Shown: positions 24,001 to 36,256 of the stretch, one piece after another
How positions within the stretch are numbered: position 1 is the stretch's first letter
How the letters are laid out: each line of letters opens with the position of its first letter
Assembly: GCA_040285825.1 (NCBI GenBank)
Contig: JAUPSS010000010.1
Span: 990,881-1,054,880, forward strand
Direction: 5' to 3'
DNA from: Eukaryota sp. TZLM1-RC
Lineage: Eukaryota > Protista > Metamonada: BaSk clade
Length of the DNA stretch: 64,000 nucleotides
Notes under the pieces: generated by a model
Database searches by the model: none
What the model was told of the DNA's origin: nothing
What the model saw: the letters and a program-made list of their open reading frames with translations, nothing else
Made by a program: the position numbers and the translations under genes

Positions 24001-24324
24001 AAATCGTTCAAAACTCGCCACAAACCCTTGCTTTTCTGCTTCATGTTTCTCGGTCAATAATCTGATGACTTCTTCTGACCGTGATGTGTCTTTTGAACTT
24101 TCCAACAGTTGTTTAAAAGAAGAGATTTTGTCAGCTGCTTCCGTCATTATACTAGCCATTTCTTGTTCATAACGCTTAGAGACTAGAGAGACTTCATCGT
24201 CTCTGTCAGCATGTTGAGTGTGGAGTTGATAGACGACTTTTGTAAGTTGTGCGATTTTCTTATTCATCTTAAACTTGAGTTCCTGGGCAAAGTCATTGGA
24301 CTTTGTGCTGGTATGGGGAGGCAT
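21079..24324 (-). CDS. FAM184A/B-like long coiled-coil protein
   Basis: N-terminal KMNKKIAQLTKVVYQLH and C-terminal RPEDIEMI...ELVNREEGYNKVFNRNPQVGVVNPL are FAM184-family signatures; first ATG at 24324. Confidence 0.85.
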   Translation of the reverse strand: MPPHTSTKSNDFAQELKFKMNKKIAQLTKVVYQLHTQHADRDDEVSLVSKRYEQEMASIMTEAADKISSFKQLLESSKDTSRSEEVIRLLTEKHEAEKQGFVASFERFKANQVKKQEEINQSHENELETLNSELVKLKQEWSESLTKAQKERQNLQEQLDSARKAKTLLENQVKSLENNLKSNSEENSKFAKEVEQAEYEKYQKELDKFIKAHNSKYNELMVKYLDEKENLEGQLKSSKEELNKVKNESSQAMSAEISKLEAKIEELNRANTELHSEFNFNKEKFNGNLIKNEREIDKLRKEKKELGQNLEDLRRKKSSDGERIENLISENSGLSSQLSKIKSDFESFQQSQQESLESLKTDSNQKLIELQGQNGQLNSELALTRQEKSEVLQKNSELLTTIDQKDGEITELQSKIQSIETSAADLNTKYLKMSSDFQELNESNTKLVMDINAIQTELMSKNNKISDLRAEIKAIKTEKSTSQNQKDTLQKEKDNLERELSELESKFSDLSSSFDELTRKHDEALNLVADLENETEDSLGLVKQLESKLAEFTTKNSELQNENEQFSKEIEKLNKSLDGERKKLKEMDSKQTKLEDQISKLSSQNQQKSLEVSEMEKKVENLVASVDKLTRENENFDEEIKMLVQKHKEELIKISEDHTSKISHLTSHYEEEINALKTEIMNLNISAEKKLQESSSNLKSQYESTIEELNQKISDISKVSDLLKEEKSQLIVKLNDTKREMTSAAEQIINDQEEHLNKKLEEYRKYYESEIQKINSQWCAKLEELKDQKESEIELLKDQYENRIQNLEEKADSNVSNLKQQFEGEYSKLEQHAKISLQEELNKQKSVLQAVHDEEFKKKRAEYKQLIEQYKQKNSSLDGKVSKYKKKVEDLEKMVVELNGDVAKTKNQLISVENGFKTELEQQGSEHLKELQSIRERHQLELSALVNENSERVRNLHDEMASIQSDLDSKISALEAENLELMQRFESREPRPEDIEMINDLQSKLVQKERELAKTLQEMQFFKMELVNREEGYNKVFNRNPQVGVVNPLAFSSKPGSGGKKNLPPLNRSRSGSSIRTKRSH

Positions 24325-24671
24325 GAACAAGTGTCAAGAATGAGAATGATTATGATGTAAGGAAGAGCAGAGATTCAGTAGGAAGGATGTTTTTAACAAT
24401 TAGGACGAATTTCACATCAATTATTTTTTTTTATTTATTTTGGTCTTTTTTTCGACATAACACAACAATTGATATACTGAATACTATCCAAGTGTTCTTC
24501 GTGTATTTGAATGAAACAAATTCAAGTGGGGACCATTCAGTGTTATTTACAAAACCTGTGGTCAAGGCGCACGTATTGTGTAGTAATCAAGTGGAACTCA
24601 CCGATGTACCATGTCTCAATCGAAAAATTTGTTCAAAATTTGTGAAGACTGAATAAATGATTGATACCATG

Positions 24672-24743
24672 TTCTCTCGCTGAGAATCGAACTCAGATTG
24701 CCTGATTCAGAGTCTGGCGTGCTAACCATTACACTACGAGAGA
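24672..24743 (-). tRNA. tRNA-Gln(CTG), variant copy
   Basis: 72-nt cloverleaf identical to 60278-60349 except at 24703, which creates an A-A mismatch in the anticodon stem. Confidence 0.85.
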
Positions 24744-25719
24744 CTGTTTACATCTAACTCATGAGATGATGTGTTTTAATAAATTTGGTGCCAGAACATC
24801 AGGAGCTTAAACTGGTGTTGTCATGAGACAAATGTAAAAGTCAAACCGCAAAATGGTTTTGTTTTTTCAGATAACATTACACAGCGTTTACCAAAGCTAA
24901 GAGTTAGTCAACTTGACCTGGTCTAATTCGAGATCATTCAATGATAGTGCTTATTTTTCTTTATTTCAAATAAGTTATCACCTTAATAGAAAAGCTAGCA
25001 TAGTCAGAAAATGATGTCAAAGTCCTTTTTGTCGCAAAGAAACACTCGCCAACGATTATCATTATAATCGCTACTGTCGATATCCATGGACCTAGTTCCA
25101 ACATTATCAGTTTTATGATCTTCTATTACAACAATTTGAAGCTTCCATAGTCAATTTATCCCACAGCAATTTCATATTTGTTTCACTGAGTGTCAATTTT
25201 GTTTCAGTAAATCAGAAAAGGTATTAGCAACAGGTTTCGCTGAGCGCAGTTGGAAAGCAAAAATTGAAATTGTTGGTCTCTATAAATCAGCTAATTTAAG
25301 ATATTTGTCAATTTCTTACTAGGTGGTTGTAGGTAGGGGTTGGAACATTCTTTTGCACACACAAAATCAGCAATCACACCCTCTCAATTTCTCACTAACA
25401 CCCATGCAGGTCGAAAATTGCACAACTTTGAATTTTTTCACAAATTCCAATGTGCTGAAAGGAACTTAGTTTCCGGGTAAATTACGTGAAATATGAGAAC
25501 CGCATATTTCTGATCATATTACAATGGATGGATAGCAAATTTCATCGTAGTGATATTGAGGTCTACTTTGGCGTACATTACAAGTATTCAATATGTAACG
25601 ACAATACTTAAGCACATGTCATAGAGTTCCACATAGTCAACATTCGGAAGTAGTTATTTCCCATCAGAAAGTATATTATTGATTATTTATTTTATTTATT
25701 TCTTTATTCTACAAAGAAA

Positions 25720-25872
25720 CAAAACAAAACAAAATAAAATAAATTAAAACACACAAGAAACAAAATTCTCCACGCCAACTCTTGATGAATCCTTATACAG
25801 CTTGAACATCATTAAATTTAAATATTTGGGAACACTTCTGCACAAAGCAAAAATGATACGATTGTTCCAAAT
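25720..25872 (-). mobile_element. Non-LTR retrotransposon family R5, 3' tip
   Basis: WNNRIIFALCRSVPKYL...SSRVGVENFVSCVF matches the C-terminus of ORF 38368-38793. Confidence 0.75.
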
Positions 25873-26338
25873 AAATAAAGATGCAAAATAAATAAAAAAT
25901 AAATAAAGATTCCTGAAATTCAATATGTGTCCCTTCAATCCAAATCCAGAATGAAATTCGATTGGAATTTGATTAATCTTGTACTTTCTATTGCACCCTA
26001 CGTTTAATAAACACGTGCTCCACAGTTTCCATTCATGCAGGTGTTAAGATGTCAGCGAACCCAACACATAAACCTTTGAGGGTCAACGATTCAATGTTAT
26101 TGAGTGTGATAAACGTAATGTTGCAGAAGAACTACTTTGAATGGTTTCTCTACGAGGTTAAGATTATAATTCAAATTTTCCAATTGTTAAAATATTTAAA
26201 TTTTAAAACTGAGACCGAAGCTCTGTTTTTGGTGTTTCTACCCTTTTTAGGAAAACTTGTCGTAGGAGAAACTTTGTATTAACTTACAGGATTTTAAATT
26301 CAATTCAACAAGCATTTTTGATTGATTTATAACAAATA

Positions 26339-29300
26339 TCAAACAAAAGCACTACGGTCTGGTTCAGCAGAAATGCCCACAAAGACATCACAAAGAGAAA
26401 TTGTATCAGTGGTCTCATGGTACTGCCCCTTGCCAAGAGATGCAATTTCTCGAAGCCAAGGCGATCCTGACCCATCTCCAAATCCAATAGTATGAATGAC
26501 GGTTTCACTGAAACAGTGAAGTTGATTACGAATCAGATCACGGGTAGTCTGATAATCTCTACTATCCCTACCATCTGACAAGAAAATAAAGATGGGCTTG
26601 TGTTCTTGATTCAAATTTTGCCGACAGCAGTCAAATGCGGCATTGAAGCCGCGGTGGAATGAAGTTCCTCCACTGGGGGCAACGCTACCAAGAATATTAG
26701 CCAATTGAACTTGTGGATTAGAAGGTAAAGTAATCGCAGAGCTTAGTACAGAAGCAGAACTATTAAATTCAATAAAGGAAAACATATCTGAGGGACTTTG
26801 ATGAACCCTTTTTACTGCGTAATGAAAAATAGCCTCATAAACTGCTCCTAGTCTGTTCCTTTGATTAATCCAAGAAAGTGTTGGAACAGCATCGCAAGTA
26901 GACATAGAAGCACTACGATCAAAAACAAAGAAAGTATGAAAATTTCCCCCTCCATAATGCGTGCAAGAAAAAACATGTCCGTCTCTAGAAACATAACCGT
27001 TTGGAACAGATGCAGGAAGTTCTCCTCGATGTGGATTATGAAACAATTCAAGTTCACAGTAAGCATCTTCATCGTGATCGGCACCACATTTAGCAGGACA
27101 TTTTCGAAAATTATCAAGTTCAGCAGTTTGAAATTTTGGATCAAATTCAAGAAAATTTTCCCAATATGCCTCACATGACACCTCAAAAAATTCAGTGTCA
27201 TTTTCATAATTGGTCGTTTGGAAGCGTTTTTGAATGTCTGGAACCCTGGACAAACGTTCATCACTACTTTCCACCAAATGAATATGACCTCTACCGAATT
27301 CGCGACAGGAATTTGTACACGTCAAACAAATTCCAGAATCGCCTCTACCAAAAGTACCAATACTTCCAACCTTCACTTGATTTGAAGATGAAACTAGGCG
27401 GAGGTTTCTCATATTCCCATGAGTGGTACAATGAGGTCCTTCATGATCAATGGGCTCCATACAAAAATAGCCACAAGATTCACATTTAACATCGCAATAG
27501 TGACTGTCAGCAGCACAATTGCATGGGTCTGCATGGTTGAGGACATCACTTGGAATGAAAACACCACAGTCCCGACGCTTGGCATTCTGCTCAGATAGCA
27601 AGTGGTAGGTGATCTGATCTCCTGCGCTCGTGACATAAACCTCTTCTTGTAGTCTCAAATGGGTTAAAACCTCACAATTGCCTCTCTTTGTACATTGTTG
27701 AGGACAATTGTGTTCATGTCCACATAAATGAAGTTCCCCGGTCTGGGAATGAAAATGATCGACTGAAGCACACATTGATTGGCAAAGAGGGCATTTTTCT
27801 GGACAGCCTTGCGTGCCACAGAAGTGACGGTCATGGGGGACATGGTGTGGTTCTTGGCATCGATCACTACATCCATCAAGAGAACATTCTTGCCCACAAA
27901 GATGACTCTCAAAAGGAATAGAGCAACGACAGTCACCTTTGTGGTTCTTCTGTTGAGTACATGAACCAGCACATCCAAGAAGGCTGGAAAAATGACAGGA
28001 CTGTCCACAGACATGACCAGCTGGGCAAAGACATTCAGATTCATGACCAGCACCTAAACAACACTGCTCATCAGGACACAATGAACAATAATCTTCACAT
28101 GCATGATTGCCAAGACAGGAACAATCTCCTACGTGATCGGCAAGCAAGAAGCATCCAAGATTACAGGATGACGTTTGATTTTCACCAATGTGTGCACAAC
28201 GACCGCGGCAAAGTCTATATGTATTTCTCAATGAATTAAACTTGCTTCTGATTTCGTTCGCCATTCTGGAGAAGACCTTCTCCTTTGAATGATTAGAAGT
28301 TCGTAATTGGAACCAATCTTTGACACACTCTGCCCTTCTGGTGATAATGGCATTCAAAAAAGAGTCAAAAAGTTCCTTGTCCCTGACTTTTTTAGGGGAA
28401 AGTATATTATCCACGAAGAAAGACGCCAGCCTATCGAATATGAGTCTCCTACAATCAGGTGCATGGTCTGAAAGAGAAGATGGTACATCAATTACAAGAC
28501 CAACGTCGTTATAATCAGTAATCGCAAGGATTGAATTTTCCCCTATGTGACAGTGAATTGATTTAAGTCGTGTTGCTTGATTTGCTGAGACAACAGCGCT
28601 CAATTGCAAGGTGGTAATATTTGGATAATCATCTTCTGAGGATGCATGTGTCAACCAATTGTTGAGCAAATCAGCAACAGAGGTGTCAGATTTAGATTCA
28701 AGGCTACTGACCAAACCTGTTGCGATTAAATTGTTCAATGATGATTCAATCTGCTGAATCTTTTGACGTAAAACCGTCTCACTGAGCGATGAAAAATCTT
28801 TGACAAAAAGCTTTGCAAGCAACAAAGTGGAAGTTTGTTTAAAGGAGAAGGGACTATCAAATCTTGCCTTTTGGGAAACAAGCTCATGCAGAGATTCACC
28901 AACTTCTCTACTATAATCAGGAAAACATGCATAGCTAGGCCAAGGAACAACACTTGTGTCAGAGAAAATTGAAAGTGCGTGCACTTGCCCATTGGAAGTT
29001 TCTCTTAATGAATTATCCCAAATGGGATTAAGGTGGTCAGTGAAGTCTTGAATAACTTCCATTGAGGCGTTGAAAGAAACATCCCTTGGAGTCATAACGA
29101 GAACTCCCTTGAAAAGATCATCACCATCAGCAAGAACCGTACCAGCTTCAGACCAGCTGTTGAGGCAACTTTCAATGAACCTATCAAAGTGATGTGTGGT
29201 TCTAAGAACAAATGACTTGGCTAAAGCAGCACCAAATAGGGACTGGTAGCAATCTTCTTGAGAAGTTCGTTCAAAACTACCCAGCCCTTCCAAGTCGATT

Positions 29301-32300
29301 GCAACCCAGATACAACCTTCAAAAACACGAACACCAAACCAAACTCCCTGAGTGGTTCTGGAACCAGCAACGTCAAAGAAATGGTTGAACATATGATTTA
29401 AGAAACTGGACTTCCCAGAGGATTGAGAACCAGCAGCAACTACAACGTTGACCGCAAGGAAGGGGAATGCATTAAAAATCAGTTCCAAAGTACCAAAACG
29501 AATGCTCTTTGCGATTTCTTGAGCAGTGAGGCCATTACCCTGTTCTGTTTGAAGCCAATCAGAAGATGAAACACCGTCAAACAAGGGTAACAAAGTACCA
29601 GCATCAATTCTAGCTACTTGGATTGGTACAACCTCAATCCATCGGAGAATGAATTGAGAAAGATCAACAGATCTATCCACATGATGCTCATGATAGTTGG
29701 AAGTAGAGGAAAAACTGAAAGAATCAGGAAGAAACCCATCTGACTTGAGCTTTGAAATGGCAGCATTTACTACTGTATTTACAAGGGAAATGTTCTGTGG
29801 CGAAATGATTTGAAACTTCCGTCGTTTGGTGACAACAGGTAAACAATCATGGCACTGGGAAATAGCGAATTTACGGACACAATTTGGTAATATTTCCAAA
29901 ATGTCAGTTGATCCATTGGCATCTGCTTGATTTGTTCCATAGTTGTCCTCAAAATCAAGGTATAGAGATGATGATCTTTGAGATATCATGAGGTCAAGTT
30001 TGTGTAAATGGTTTCCGTCCAAGCAAAGCAAGGTGCAATTCCTAAACTCTGCTAACTGAAAAGAGGGATGATTTAGAGGAAAAGGAAGTTGTTGTCGTCC
30101 TAATCCATCCAACAAGGACTTTCCAAGCCGACCGCTGACTGAAAGAAAATTACAAGACAATTGCCAGATTCCTTGCTGTTTAAAGATCATGAGGACCAAA
30201 TTCTTCTTGACGGTCCGCATCCACAAGCTGTTCCTTTCTATATCAGGTAATAAAGGAATGGCATTGTGGTTCATTTTGTCAAACTTGAGGTCAATGAAAA
30301 CGAAATGATTTGTTTTATCCAATGCCAAAGCTTTATCACCATCACTGTAAAGACAAAGTTTCAGCAGAATAGGGTCATGAGAGGCAAAATCTTGTTGTTG
30401 ATATCGACCAGTAGAAGCTAATTGAAAGGTTCTTAAGGGCCTTATAACTGGTTTTCCAGTCGGATCGACAATAAATGTGGAAAGAGAATGGTTTGTGCCT
30501 TCCACCCAGTAAAGAACCAAAACATTTGAATTGGCCACAAAATCAGCAAGTATAGTTCTCTTGTTATAATTCTTTGACAAATGAGATTGGTTACTAAACT
30601 TTTTCAGTATATGAGCTTCTGTTTTTGAGCTTGAAGATAAAATAAGTAATCCAAAATCCTCTTTGCTGAAGAACCCAACCACTTTGTAATCAGATTTGAC
30701 TCTAGAGAGCTTCCTGTAGGAAAATAGAGAGGTTGTGGAGAGGTTTTGTGCACCTTGATCCAAAAGCGAGGGTGGAATTTGATAATAACAAATGCAATTG
30801 CCAGGATCCAAAACCTCTGTATCAAACACCATTTGTTTCAACGAACATCGTGGATTAACGCCGATGATTCTTTTACACATGGCAAAAGGTTTGTCAGCAT
30901 TAGTTTCAGCAAAATGTCTGTTTAAATCCTGTCGTAACTGGTTCTTGGCATGCCGTTTCTGATCTTCGATAACTTTGAGTTGTTCTGATGTAAGACCTCG
31001 TGGCACAGGTTTACAGTGCTCCTTGGCCAATTTGGAAATCGTGGAATCAAGGATAGAAACGTGAATAATAGGGAGTTTTGATTCTGATTGGAGAACACGA
31101 TAGAGCATTTCACGATAGTTGTTGGCTTTGCTTGTTGAATGTTTACCAATAATGCTCCTCGACACCGATAAAAATGTAGCATGATTAAAGGAGCTGATGC
31201 TGAATTTTTTCTTTTTTTTCTTTTCCTGCAAATTATCTTCCTTAATACAGTCTGTTCGGTTCTTTCGTTTTGATTGAGCAAGACATTCTCTAATGATTTG
31301 ACTCTTTAAAGCAGAATTTTCACAATTGGATTTTGGATTAAGTAATTGGTTAAGCATATCAATACGCTTATTTGATTCATCATTTAAATTGGAAATTTCC
31401 TGCTCAACCTGACGACTTGGTCCGTCTTCCAACCCTGTATTGTAATTGAACTCCGCCCTACAAAAGACACAATTGGTTGCGTTTTCCATCACTTCAGAAC
31501 ATGATCCACAAATACCATTCTTACAACATTTGAAACGTTTCGTACAATCCTCTCCACTCAAGCATATTGGACACTCATTATCAACTGGTGTTCTGTAGTC
31601 ATTTCCTATGGTATAGGTATTGATTTGTTCAACAATAGGAAGTAATTCGGCTTGAAGATCATCAATTAGAGTCGACACCTTGTTGTTATGGTTGTCAACA
31701 TTGGATTGTTCAGTTTCTCATTTCTGTCGATTGATTACCTTTAAACTGTCATCAAACTTATTGATGAGTGACTTGATTGATGCCAAGTCGAACTTGCGTG
31801 CCTCATCTATAAATTGCTCAAAATGGAAGTCCGACAAGTCATTAAAGCAAAAACGATGAGTTACAAAGTGATGCTCCAATGCACGAAATTTTACCGTTAA
31901 TGGTTTCAATTTATCAACTTCCTTTTTAACTTCAAGCAAGCCAAACTTAGATCCTTCTGGTGAAAGAATCCAACTTGACTCTTGGTGAGATAGGTTGGTG
32001 GATAGTTGTTGATGCTGAACAATCTCAAAACCATCTTGAGTAACATCGCGGGTTTTTGGTTGGAACTTTCTTCTTATGGCTCCTTCACGGCGCTGTGGCT
32101 TACAGAATTGGGAAGAAATTGAATGAGAAATGACTAGAGTAACTTCCTGGCATAATTCAAGAAGAATTCGGGTGAAAGTCAGAATAGGTGAAGTTGATGA
32201 GGAAAACTGGATAGACCCTGGCCAGAAGAAAAGAGTAAAGGTTTGTTGGCGTGTCAGACAATAGATGCCAGCAGTTCTGCTAGCAGAGGTAAAGAAGTGG

Positions 32301-32827
32301 AAGACATCAGGAAAGCTGGTCTTCAGAAATTCGACCAAACAGTCCTTGGATCCATAAAAGCCTTGAGAAGAGAACAATTTTCCTTTAAGCTGGTCAAAGT
32401 CAAGACCACCATTGCGAATTACGGCAGTGGGGAAGTTCTGTGAAACAAAAGCCAAAACATTGTCCCTATCATTGTAAACTTTGTACACCAGGTCGTCCTC
32501 AGCTTCGTCTTGGATAAGTGTAGCTACAGGAAATATGTCACAAGAAGTGGAGGTGGTCGGGTGTATAGGGTGGAGAGACAACTCACTAGAGGAAACATCT
32601 CGTGCTAAACCTTCTGAAGCAGGGAACAAATCCCCACATTGTCTGTCTGAAGCACGCCAAACATCGTACGGCATTTCTGTAGAGGTCATATTAGACTCTA
32701 ACAAATGTGAGGAATCAGGTTGGGCATCAAAAGCAGCAGGCAATGTAGACTGACGGCCCAATTTCCACGGAGGAGATGATGTGGCACCTGGAAAAGATTG
32801 TCCATCAGGTGCACGACGCTGAGACAT
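26339..32827 (-). CDS. Giant RING + GBP/VLIG-type GTPase + Cys/His-rich repeat + vWA protein; single in-frame TGA at 31718-31720
   Basis: ORFs 31718..32827 and 26339..31678 are in the same frame, 13 sense codons apart. RING CPIC...CVFCR; G1 GSQSSGKS, RTTQGVW, G3 DLEG; C-terminal MIDAS DRSASM, GGTSF, LSDG. Confidence 0.8.
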
Positions 32828-33849
32828 TGAACTCCTATCCAGAAATTTAAGCAGAAAAATTCATGGACCACAACATTATGGCTAAAGACTTTACAGTTGC
32901 TACCCATACAAATTCACATCTTTGATGCGTATGATGTTCAACTTTTTCTAGGTTTACAACTCTTGGCTTCTCAGTAAGAGCTTGTTCACTTTCTCTTGTA
33001 TTTTGTTAACTCCACGGGGTTTATCTTCTCACTTTTCGATGAAAACATGTTCTTTTTCTTTGAATACTGTTATAGTTGATGTGTTGGCTCTCAATTGCCA
33101 CGTTGAGAAACTTGTATAGTGCCTATAATTCATCCGTTTCACTGATATGCTCAGCAGAACTCTCCGTAGCCCTTTGGTGTTCTTTTCCTTGAATTTTTTA
33201 ATGGAAACTGATATTCGTCTGCTGCTTTGCTCCAGTATCATCCCTCTTCCACTGCCCCGCAGTGGTCGCCTCTTCATGGAACCACTTGGTCTTGTTGTAC
33301 AGGTATAGAAAATGTCGAATCTTAAACATATACAACATGTTGGGTAGAATTAAAATGACTGCTGGTACACAATAATGACCTACTTCCAGGGGTTTCCATT
33401 ACTGTGCTTGCAGTAGTTTTGATACCAGGCACTGGCCGGTATTAGTTACATCAACATTAGTAGATATTGACAAACGTCCCCAGTATTTAACTTTTTATAG
33501 TATTATTAAATGCTGAGTCTAAGACAATTTGACATTAAGGATAATAATTGAATCAATGATAATTGTAAAGTCTCTTAACCAAGTCAAATAAAGTCTCTTT
33601 CAAATACCCATGAACAGAGTAAACAGTTGGATAAGTAGTTGTTTTTGTTGTACTTGAAAGATTCAGTAAAAAATACTGGTATTATGATGAACCAACACAT
33701 TCAATCACACATTACCCTCTTTTGAAATTCAACGAATCGCCTCTACACTTTTCAATACCACTGATGAAAATGTTACAATTTATGGGTTTCTATCAGTTCA
33801 TATACAAATTTCAAAATGATTTCTAAAATTGATATACCTACCTTTTCTC

Positions 33850-35052
33850 ATGACTGAAGAAGAACTACCAGAACTACCTGAATCCATAACCGCTCTTCCT
33901 TCATCTGATCTTCCACCAACCCGATCTCTTGTCGAATTTTACAGAAATCGTGTCTTACAACTTGAGCAGGAACTCTCTGATGCACGTTCCCTTATCCAAC
34001 TCGCAAATCAATCTACTGATCTCTCATCTGAACCCCCACCCCTTGATGAAACCCTATCCGAGAATCTCCGCCTTCGTAAAGAGCTCTTCAACAAAAACGA
34101 AGACATTGCGTTCGTCAAGAAGCAGTACAGAGACTCTCTTCTTGCAGCACTTGATGAAAGAGAATTATTGATTAAAACTGTAAGTGAAAATGATAGGCTT
34201 AGGGCGAAGGAAATGGAAGATCGGGTCAAAATACAGCAGTTGTTGGACCTTGCTGCCCCACTATCACGTGTGCCTTCACGTCAGACGGTCAAAAACACTA
34301 TGAAATTAACATGTGACACATCACCACTTGTAGAAAGTGCAAGACAATACGAAGAAGACCACTTATTAAAAATTTATAAAGAGAGGATTGAGCTCTTGGA
34401 TACTGAACGATCAGAATTGATTGATGATTATGAAGGTCAAATATCAGAACTAAAATCTCAAATGACTGAATTATTTGAATTTTCACAGTCTAAAGAATCA
34501 CAAGAAAAAACTAACCTCAACCATTATTTGACTTTAAAAAATGAAGCCAGCGTCAAGATTAGAAATTTAATTGAGGATTATGAAGTTTTGAGAGATAAGC
34601 TAAGGAAGGAAGCTATTCATAGAAGATCTATTGAAGCTGAAGTGGATTTTAAAATTTCACAAACTCAAATAGAGCTGGAGAAGAGCTCAGAAGAGATCAA
34701 TGACAAGTTGAGACACGAGCTGTTGAAAAAAGATACACATTTGACTAGGAGCATTGTCGTATTGGAAAATGAGATTGAACAGCTGCGAAATGATAACGAA
34801 AAGCTTTCAAAAATGGTGAATTACTATAAAACAGAAGCTGAAAGAGCTGATCAACGAAGGATTTGGGCATTTGAGGGATTTGAGGCTGATATTTGTAATT
34901 TAAGAAAAATGATGACGCGAAGTGACGTGGCTGAGAAGAATTTGATTGAAGAAAAGATTGAAGGATTGGAGAGTCGATTGGAAGACAGTAGAAGGGTTTA
35001 TGGTAAGAAAAGAAGGAAACTTAAACGTAAAGTTCGAAAAAGGGCAAGTTGA
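33850..35052 (+). CDS. CCDC77-like coiled-coil protein
   Basis: LPPTRSLVEFYR and ALDERELL...ENDRLRAKEMEDRVKIQQLL and EGFEADI resemble CCDC77 motifs; first ATG at 33850. Confidence 0.75.
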   Translation: MTEEELPELPESITALPSSDLPPTRSLVEFYRNRVLQLEQELSDARSLIQLANQSTDLSSEPPPLDETLSENLRLRKELFNKNEDIAFVKKQYRDSLLAALDERELLIKTVSENDRLRAKEMEDRVKIQQLLDLAAPLSRVPSRQTVKNTMKLTCDTSPLVESARQYEEDHLLKIYKERIELLDTERSELIDDYEGQISELKSQMTELFEFSQSKESQEKTNLNHYLTLKNEASVKIRNLIEDYEVLRDKLRKEAIHRRSIEAEVDFKISQTQIELEKSSEEINDKLRHELLKKDTHLTRSIVVLENEIEQLRNDNEKLSKMVNYYKTEAERADQRRIWAFEGFEADICNLRKMMTRSDVAEKNLIEEKIEGLESRLEDSRRVYGKKRRKLKRKVRKRAS

Positions 35053-35572
35053 TATTATTTATTTAGTTGACTCTTTATTTTATGTATTAATCTCATTCTT
35101 TTTGATTTTCTATTATTTCACACATTGAGTTTTCCACTAATCACTGTACTTTGGGTTCTTTTAAGTTTATTTAAAATATAATAAGGTTAATTTAATATCA
35201 AGTAACATAAATGTTTTGTTAAGTTTAAAAAAATTCAAATAAATTCAAAACAATTGAATAAATTATTTTTCCTTATATATCCAAACAACAAATGAGAACA
35301 AACATTTTTCTTAATGTAAAATCACATTTGATTCTATTCTATCTGAAGCTGTGTTTGAATAGACGGGTTTGTGAAATCTTGGTGTTTTTTGTAAAAACTA
35401 TTTTGAACTCTGCTTCTATCGCTCAGTAGCTTTGAAATTAGTAAGAAGTAATTCAAGCAATGAAACATCAAAGAAATTCAACAAATTTTTACCTAAAAAT
35501 AACTATTCAAATACATTATACAATTAATTGTTAACCTAGAAAATTGAAATTAATTCAAACTTTTAAAAATAA

Positions 35573-36256
35573 TTACATCAGATTACACCCAGAACTAATT
35601 AACCCTTCTCTCATTCTTTTTCTTGGTGGTGAATCAATCTTTTCTGAATCAATCAAATCTGATTGACTACCCTTGTTTTCCTTTTCTAGCTCATCAAGTT
35701 TAATATCCGCATCAACCACATCTGCTTGGTTATCTGAGTGATTGCCTTCCGATTCTTCCTTCACTTCTTCATCATGCACCACCTGCTCAAGTTCTCCTTC
35801 ACATAGGTCACAAGCCTCATCGGGGTCACCTCCTTTAAAGACGAGCTCAATACCCCTTAAATAACGATCAAAAGTCTTGACATTTCTTGACAGCAACGTG
35901 ATGAGGATTCCAGAAAGATTGGTGACGTTCTCCACGTCAGCCGCGGTTCTAAACCGAACTTCACCATTCTCAGTGTCTAGTTCAAAACAGCCAACAGGAA
36001 GACCATAATTAGCACGATTTATGAACCGTATCATGGGCTTGATCTTGTGAGGAGGGCAACGCTTAGAGTGTTGGGAGTAAATTATTATGAGATCCTCTTC
36101 ATCACGTGTTTTGAAGCGAAGAAGGAAGGATCCATGGTCTGAAGACACGCTTGACAGAATTTCATTGGTTTCAATGTTTGCTGAATGTTTGAGGTTGCGA
36201 GAGGTAACAAGGTCAGAGACAGCCTGAAAGCATCGTTTAGAAGACGGGTGGGTCAT
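35573..36256 (-). CDS. YbjN-domain protein with acidic tail
   Basis: FINRANYGLPVGCFELDTENGEVRFRT is characteristic of YbjN-like domains. Confidence 0.75.
   Translation of the reverse strand: MTHPSSKRCFQAVSDLVTSRNLKHSANIETNEILSSVSSDHGSFLLRFKTRDEEDLIIIYSQHSKRCPPHKIKPMIRFINRANYGLPVGCFELDTENGEVRFRTAADVENVTNLSGILITLLSRNVKTFDRYLRGIELVFKGGDPDEACDLCEGELEQVVHDEEVKEESEGNHSDNQADVVDADIKLDELEKENKGSQSDLIDSEKIDSPPRKRMREGLISSGCNLM

Noticed and set aside
31679-31738. In-frame 60-nt GT-AG or 39-nt GT-AT intron removing the TGA
   Set aside because: The donor GTAATC lacks the +5 G, the length is outside the 27-32 nt range, and the sequence looks coding.
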